Shown here: in pieces, positions 56,621 through 64,000 of the stretch
Layout: each line of letters opens with the position of its first letter
Numbering within the stretch: position 1 is the stretch's first letter
Source: Tubiluchus corallicola
Taxonomy: Eukaryota; Animalia; Priapulida
Reading direction: 5' to 3'
Assembly (NCBI GenBank): GCA_030141605.1
Contig: JAQGDQ010000047.1
Coordinates: forward strand, 434,001-498,000
Length of the DNA: 64,000 bases
Notes under the pieces: generated by a model
The model's database searches: none
What the model was told of the DNA's origin: nothing
What the model saw: the letters and a program-made list of their open reading frames with translations, nothing else
Made by a program: the position numbers and the translations under genes

Positions 56621-58080
56621 AGGCAAAACCAACCCTCGAACAACATTCATTTCTTTTAATATATACACTTAAAAATATTGAAATTACTACATACATAATA
56701 TATGCACCTAAAATGCCCTGCTTAAGGTTGCAAAAGAAATATAAATCATTCGTAACTCCTGCCAGACCTACCTAGCTGTAAGGAATATTTGAAAAGACAG
56801 CCTAAGCTGGTGGCCAGCACGAAGCCATGCCGAAGCATCTGTAGTTCACTCAGAAATGCCACTATTTTAGCTGATTACAATTTTGTGTTTAACTGCGTTT
56901 ATGTAAAAATCAGTCATTGGATCAATTTGCAATAACTTTAAAGTGCTTACATAGTTTTAATCCACAGGATTATATCTCACAATGCATAAGTATTAAACAA
57001 TATGATAACAGATAAGCATGGAATTCTGAGACGCTGCAAGAATAAACAGAAGATGTCAGGCAATTTACATAGCTTACAAAGTTCAGTTTTAGCTTGTTAA
57101 AATAAGAGTTCTGTTCTGTCGGCGTTAACTAGCCGAGTTGGGGATTATTATATAACAGCTGGTAACTGGTTTTCATTACATAATGGGCAACGGGATTCAT
57201 CAAAAAGCAAAAACTCTCTCGTTTAAAGGAAAACTGGGCCTAATTTAAATTGTATGTCAAAACAATTTACTCGATAAAATATTTAAAAGGAACTATTTTT
57301 TAAAGAATGGCTTATGTGAAAAAAGTATTACCACAAAAACGTAGTTTCGCGTTCGTGCTGATGCCTCTTTGCTGTTACATGGATGTTGCCATTCATTAGT
57401 TAAATGGGCACTAGCACTTGCATCTCAGAAACACGCTGCACAAAAAAACAGGTGCTGTACGTCTCAATTCAGATGTGTTCATTTGTGATATAGTGCACAC
57501 ATTCGACAGCTCATACGTGAGCACAGCGGTTAATTTTATCTAAAAATATGCTGAGTTTCAGTACTCAACACTGAATCTGTTACAGCAGCACTGTGCTTCA
57601 ATTTTAGCTTTCACAAGCATGTAAAACACGCTCAAGGAATGTCAGTGCTATTGAAAATTATGTTCAGTTGTAATGTCATCATTAGATTGGGCTCGCCTGC
57701 AGTTAATTAATTTTTCAATCCATTATTTAATCATCAGAAATGCTTTTGCAAAATTATGTGTGTTAAAACGTATACTTTTTACCATACTTGAAAATGGGGT
57801 AGGATGTGAAAAACCATCCTGTCTTCCTTTAACGTTTTGAATTGTTTGTAGTTGATAAAATTAACTAGCTGCAAAAGAAATTTGCTCAAGCACCTAGCAG
57901 GATAAGTGTTTATATGCATGGACCAGTTTTCATTCAAAATTCGCAGGCCCAAGCTTGATCATGAACTTGATTTTACTAATATCACGAAGCACTTATCACA
58001 ATTTTATTGTTAAAACTTTCTAACAAAATTCTCCATTATTAAAATAGCTCATCTTCCCGAGAAACTTAACTTTTGCTTAA
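56621..58080 (+). mobile_element. TTAA-flanked Kolobok-like non-autonomous element (same family as 34730-35274), carrying a nested insertion
   Basis: TTAA|AGGCAAAACCAACCCTCG at 56617 and CGAGAAACTTAACTTTTGC|TTAA at 58080; internal homology to the CSRNP-intron copy. Confidence 0.6.
57227..57828. mobile_element. Nested Kolobok-like MITE with TTAA target duplication
   Basis: TTAA (57223-57226) AGGAAAACTGG ... CCTGTCTTCCT TTAA (57829-57832); imperfect inverted ends; this segment is absent from the 34730-35274 copy. Confidence 0.6.
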
Positions 58081-59559
58081 CTTTGAAACTTCAATATTTG
58101 AAAGACAATCTTATAGTTCAAAAAACTGTCTGCTCAAAGTCAAAAAGCCTTAAAAAATGATCTTGACCTAATATCTAGGATAATCTTTTATCCATCAAAT
58201 TGTACTTGTACAATTGAGTTGCAGTAAAAAGACAAAACTAAAGAAGGAACAGGTAAACAAGACACTGGGACGTATGGGTATGAAAATTGACCAAAAAAAT
58301 GCAAGAATACAACAATAAAAAAATGCAACAGTTCTAAACAAGGAACTACATGGGCACACGCTCAGCAGTATGCACAATACTTTTGACAATCATATCAGCT
58401 TCATCAGACTAACCACACAAATACATTGTGCAAACTTTCATTATGGCCTGCAAATGCTCCATAGTGTAACGCAATACCCAGTATTGTGCAATTCAAAATC
58501 GAGCATGTGTACAACCCTCTAAAATAAAAGTCTGCAAAAAATACCAGTTTTCTTTACAAGTACGACACTTGTAATTTTTGTTATGATGTTGGTGTTGTAA
58601 TATACATGATGCATTAATGACCCACTGTTTTATAATGCTATTGTAGTTCTGTTTAAATTTTACTAAATTTTCCAATTTAAGCTATTACAGGTAACTACAT
58701 TTTCTTATCTATTGCTCACATGTACGTATAACTACAAACTAGTGATTAATAATCATTTTCTTTAGTCAGTAAAGCAAAGTCGGAAAATCAATCATTCTCA
58801 TAACTCATCTCCCACAGCAAGGTCCATGAAGAACCCAGAAAACTCACACATTTCCAGCATGTAGAGGACACTTTCTAAACTTACATACATTTGAGAATAA
58901 TTTTGATAGCACTATATGCAAAAATTTCTTTCCCACAAACTTTTGGCTAAAATACCAACAAATGTTATGCTCTATTGCGTTATCTTGTCTTATATCAACC
59001 GTTATTTTTTCAATGATGCTCAGTAAAACAAAATAACTTATTGCTATTAATTGAACATTTGATCCACATATAAATGGAGGTTTGAAGTATAAAAAAACTT
59101 GTGCTATTAAAAAATCCAACATTACATAAAACTTCAAGAGAAACAACATTGTTTTGACCTTAATAAAATGTTTTCAAATGCTAATATATATAAGTAATCA
59201 TAGCTTTTCCATGACTACTTATAAGTTTATATAAGTTTGGTACATTTGAAACTGCTATTCTATCTTTGTTGCGCTTGAATACTCCACCACTGCGTTAAAA
59301 ACCCAATTGGTCTAACTTAAAATAAAAAACAATACTAATAATACTAATAGAGAAGCTGATGCAAATCGTGTCTTAATATATGGAAACCATTTAAGCTGCA
59401 AACTAATCCATACGCTGTTTTTTCAAAGTTTCTTGTGTTAAGTTAAAAGCACACCATATTTATGACCCGAATTCAGATGGGAAAAATTGGAGTTAATATT
59501 ACCACAAGTTGAAAGGAAAGATAAAGTCTTTAAAATTCAAGTTTACAACTTATTTAAAG

Positions 59560-59880
59560 AACAAAAAATGCAAAATTCACCCTATGCCAACACAATACAG
59601 TTTTTAACAGTCTCTCTGCAGCAATTTTGGAAATTACAACTAGAAGAAATGACATTTCAACAATTTCACTATTAAGTGAATTCCAAAGGCCTGCAACACG
59701 AGAACAGAAAAAGTGGGCTCTGAGAGTACTGTACAAATAAATTAGTGTCCATGTAAAACATGTTGTGGGCTACCAAAAAATACCGAGGTGACCAAACAAC
59801 ATAACATAAGCCACTAACTAAGCCTACTTCGTGGAAAGCTACAATAAACTTACTTTTTAAGCACCTCTGACAGGCTGTGA
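59560..59880 (-). mobile_element. CR1-group LINE 3' remnant
   Basis: VVWSP motif and RAHFFCSRVAGLWNSL, typical of the CR1 ORF2 C-terminus. Confidence 0.6.
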
Positions 59881-60599
59881 CTGCCAATGTTTATCACACG
59901 TAAAAAACGGAAAATTAGTCTAATAAAATTTAAAATTTTTATAATATTCCATAAAATTAAAAATCAACTGGTTCTAAGAGACCTCCGTCTATAACCGAGC
60001 AACATCTAAAACAAAATTTTTGGGCGAAAAATAGCGCCAAGCAACAATTTGTTTCGTCGCTTGTTGATTGTTAAAATTATCAGAATTTTTTAACCAAGTC
60101 GCGGTTACTAATGCGTTCGCCAGCCGTTAATCTCGGGTACTAATAAGTGTTATTATGTGACATTTAACAATTATTAACAGGCAAGCACAAACATGTACTG
60201 TAACAGCGTGCGTTTTTTGTGGTATCAATGCGCACAATTAATCGTCATGAGGCTCTGTGAAGCTATGACCTGGACTGTGAGTCTCTGGGACTCTGGGTTT
60301 GACTCAAAATAATTGATTGTGATTATAGTATTCTTAAATAATAAGCAATTTTCATGCCTCATACTTTGTTGCTAAAATTTTTCTATGGAATTTTTATTTA
60401 AAAGAGCCAATTGTAGCTAAAGGTATTTTTTCATAAAAGACAAACTTATGATTGAGAGAACTTTCTGACACTTTTAGGTGATAGGGAGGTTGAAAAATGC
60501 GTGTCCCTAGTGACATACTTGATGCTCCGAGATACTTTTGTAAAAATTACTTTTTTAGAAATAATTTCTTTGAATAATGTCATATATCTAAAAATTACC

Positions 60600-61100
60600 C
60601 TTGCAAAACTTAGTAAACACTAGATTCATTTTGGGATATATACAGCTTGAAGTAGAACAAAAAGCAGAATATTGCAGCAGAAATGTTGCATAACTTCCAT
60701 TGGTGTAAGGTCTAAGGCTGTGACTACTGAAATGTATGGACCACCATGATCGATCCATCCATACCCAACTACTGGAAGATATGGAATATGTCTTACCTTG
60801 GAATCAATTGAGAAGCCAGGCAAGTAATGAAGGCGTTAGGTCTCGATGCAGACTTTTAGTTTCCAATGCTTAGAAAGTCCACCAGAATTTTGCCGGGTGT
60901 CAGAAAGCCATGCGAACTGCACATATGTTTTTCATTCAAAGACTGTTTTCCAGCAAAAGCATCTAGAAGTTTCTTTATATCAACTTGAAATATGATTCTT
61001 CTTGATGCAATCTAACACTAAATAGAACTTCTTCTTACCCATAATAACCTATCTCAAAACGCATAGACAAAATGTGTGACGATATTTTACTTTTTGATGA
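60600..61100 (-). mobile_element. Decayed Academ (AcademX)-like transposase C-terminal region
   Basis: Minus strand gives MGKKKFY (XPG H3TH-like GKK), then P.VGYGW...T.L...P.EV...FCCN and, after a frameshift, CSTSSC..K.NLV.TKFCK, the order expected for the XPG plus Cys-rich tail. Heavily mutated. Confidence 0.5.
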
Positions 61101-61344
61101 CCATTTAAAGTTGTCTTTCAATGCCTTAAAATTCCCATGCACCATTAGTTTCATCTAAGGTATGTGTTCATATTAATGCACAGCTGCTCTTAATATGCTG
61201 TTCATGTTTTTGTTTTGGATCATTGTAATTTTTGAATTCTTAAAGAGCAAGGGCAGTCAAAGCAATACCTCGTTTTGAAATTGCAAATTCAGAACAGTTG
61301 TTTATACACGCACTTGAGTCTAACGAATTTCGACACGGTGTATA

Positions 61345-61420
61345 TAGTCATGTGGTGCAGTACTTAGCTGCCAATGAACGAAATGCAGGGTTCTGCGTTC
61401 AATTCCCACTCAGCCGGGAT
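61345..61420 (+). mobile_element. tRNA-derived SINE head or tRNA pseudogene
   Basis: A-box-like TGGTGCAGTAC and B-box-like GTTCAATTCC at tRNA-like spacing; no clean cloverleaf. Confidence 0.4.
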
Positions 61421-62576
61421 TTCTTGTTCTACTTGAATGGGACACTTTGGTTGGCTTCCTATGTCCGTTTAGCCTTAATAGAGTTTCTAACTTGATATCT
61501 ATGCAGCTGGTATAAAGATGGCTCTTGTAAAACAGTCAACAGCTTGTGACGTACGGGCGCAGAGAATCATTGCGTGCTTGATTGTTGATAATGTTAGACT
61601 TCTTCTTATTATCTTTTACTCTTTTTTCGTTATTCTGTCTTAAATTTAGTCTTAATACAGAGTGTTTACGTGGGCATCCATTGCTACTTTTCCAGGGGGG
61701 GGGAAGTGATATACTCCCATAGTTCAATTACTGCTAAAAGTTATTGTACCCAAGCCCCTTGGACCCGAATATCGTGTAGTGGGGATACCGTCAGGCGAGT
61801 GCAGCGAGTAAACAGTGTGTTTGCTAATGAGGATTCGTCTTACCCAATGAGAATTTGTTGTTGTATTGGGTGACCGAGTGGGGATGATTTCGTTCGTCTG
61901 CTTGACATTATAAAGCTTCCAGTTTGTGGAATTTTGAATAATCACAAAACTATAACGCCACGAAACGCAGGTAATTACTACAGTAATCATTACTGAGTAA
62001 GTAATTTCGTCAAGAAATTGTAAATTCATTTTTAACTGATAAAACTTGCATATGTATGAGTTTAGACAAAAAAGATTTTATGCTTGGCTAATACAGAAAA
62101 TTGCAAATGCATTTGTGACTAAATGTTATAATAAGCTATTAAGATATTGTTATGCCACTAAAGCCCCGCAATTTATTGTTTTTAATGGTTTGAAGTTATC
62201 TCACAGCTTCCATCCTGTGGTTAGACTTTACGGGGTTATGGATCTACAGCATCAGCGTGTCCGGCACACCAGCGGGAAAAGAAATTCAGGTGAATCACCA
62301 TGCCGTATGATCAATGAAGCAATCAGTCTAAACAACAAACATTGAAAACTGTAGGCAATTTGATGATTGAGTTAGAGGGGTGTAACTCGAGGTCTAATCT
62401 TCTGAACAAACCAAACTATAATATAGCGTGTCAGTTTTCCAAAGTGTGCGCAGTACTTGCTGCTTTCGGTTTTTTCAATTTATTAACCTAAATTTAGAGA
62501 ACTGATTCCAGCCCAAGGTAGGATAGCAACAAGTAATTTCATTTTTGTTTACTATTCTATTTTAGCTTGAAAGAAA

Positions 62577-63311
62577 ATGGCGGACAAGGAAAACGCATCA
62601 CTTTCTGCAAAACAGGGAAAGCAGAAGCGTAAGAGCGAATTCAAAAAACAACTTATCACTCTTCGTAATCGCTTGTATTTCCCGCCATTTGAGAGACTAC
62701 CTGAAGACAATGACCTTGATCTACAGTATTACAGACCTGGTGGCTTGGGCTACATACCAAGATGCCATTGGTGTTTTCTGGGAGAAATTGTTGACGACTC
62801 TCATGCCGCTTACCCATTTCTTAGGAATTCCACACTTTTGCGTGACGTAACTGGGCGCGCAGGCTTGAGGCTGTCCTTTTATCAAGATGGTCCTCTCTCT
62901 GCCACAAATATCAATGTGGCTGAACTGAAAATTGGAAACACGGTTTGCATTCGCTATGCTGAACAACACTTCTTCCTTGATGGCTCTGTTGGTATTCGAG
63001 TAGCAGATACCAGCTTCGTAAATTCGATTATCAAAGCTGGCATCAAGGTCCTCTTGGAGATTACAGACGTCTGTAAGAGGAAGGAAAGTGCTGATAACCG
63101 CAATTCTTGCTGGACATGCGCAAAGGGGGAGGAACAAACAGAGAAAAGGCTGCTGAAGTGCTCAAGGTGTAAATAGGCATTGTATTGTGGAAAACAATGT
63201 CAGGTGAACGATTGGACTGTACATAAGCAGCACTGCAAAGTTGTTCCGCATTACAAGGAGCTCCTCAGTTTGGATTTTCCAAGGTGGACGAGGCATATTC
63301 CATTTTATTAG
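62577..63311 (+). pseudogene. MYND-type zinc finger protein gene, intronless CDS, with in-frame TAG at 63174-63176 (nonsense allele, young pseudogene or sequence error)
   Basis: ATG 62577 just after acceptor TTTTAG (62565). Reading through the TAG gives CWTC...[29 protein letters not shown], a complete MYND finger, ending at TAG 63309-63311. The N-terminal domain has HWCFLGEIVD, LSFY and YAEQHFFLDGSVGIR. Confidence 0.85.
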
Positions 63312-64000
63312 AGCCTTTTACTTAGAGGCATCATTCTTTGCACCTACTATTCCTTGGAAACCGCCTAGAAACAAAAAAAGTTCATGTACTATCCATGCTG
63401 CTTCTTGTCACTTTGAGAGCTTTTGTTTACACACTGGCACATCTTGAGTTTGCGATACAGAATAAAGCCTATTTGTTAAACTGATTTTGTCTGCTTATTT
63501 CTGGTAACATGTCGGCCCGTTATGAGCAACTATGTGTGAGTGTAACTGTGGCCTAAGATAAGTTTTTATTACTTAAGTTTTTTCACGAAAATTGATTTGT
63601 TTACTATTATTATTATTATTGTAACTTTGTTAATGTTTTCAGCAAAAGCCTTCTAAATATTTATTAACACATTATTTCACTGTTTGTGGAATTATGTACT
63701 TTATGCTTACCCCTTTCACAAGCTGTTTGTTAGTCTTATTTTGTATTCTTAAACTAATACTTGTCGTTTGATGATGTAGATAGCATTAAATTACATTCAT
63801 AGGCAACATGAGCTGTTAGCTCTTTATCATGATAATTACTGTACAATCTAAAACTTATCAGATCTAAACTAGTGTAAAGTTACATGCAAGCAGTAGAAAC
63901 TATGTACGGTAAAGCATTAAAAATTACGTTTTCTTTACAAAGAATTGTACATTAGCATGGTATTTGCATAACACGATTTAGCTTATAACCTAAATACACA

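Noticed and set aside
63167-63176. GT...AG (GTGTAAATAG) around the MYND internal stop as a tiny intron
   Set aside because: Only 10 nt, would shift the frame and delete a zinc-binding Cys.

Overview
AT-rich, intron-containing animal (invertebrate-type) genomic DNA; no prokaryotic features, rRNA, intact tRNA or CRISPR array seen. Spliced genes rebuilt by hand from GT-AG sites and phase: the first two coding exons of an ACAD9-like gene (- strand, runs off the left edge), a 7-exon GT7 glycosyltransferase (- strand, 341 aa, Leu at the bovine B4GALT1 Tyr289 position, so probably a beta-1,4-GalNAc transferase), a 9-exon LETMD1 (+, 420 aa), a 3-coding-exon CSRNP/Axud1 (-, 881 aa), and an intronless MYND-finger gene (+) with an in-frame TAG in the middle of its finger. 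About 25 kb upstream of CSRNP has no recognisable host gene but holds LINE remnants, TTAA-flanked Kolobok-like elements, a decayed Academ-like transposase and a cluster of NF-kB-like sites. Most unusual observations: an inverted copy of LETMD1 exon 3 with both splice sites inside intron 7 of the same gene, a rearranged direct copy of exon pieces in the glycosyltransferase gene that creates a new 29-nt exon candidate, and a 30-bp P-element-like footprint. Family assignments rest on motif recognition, not database searches.
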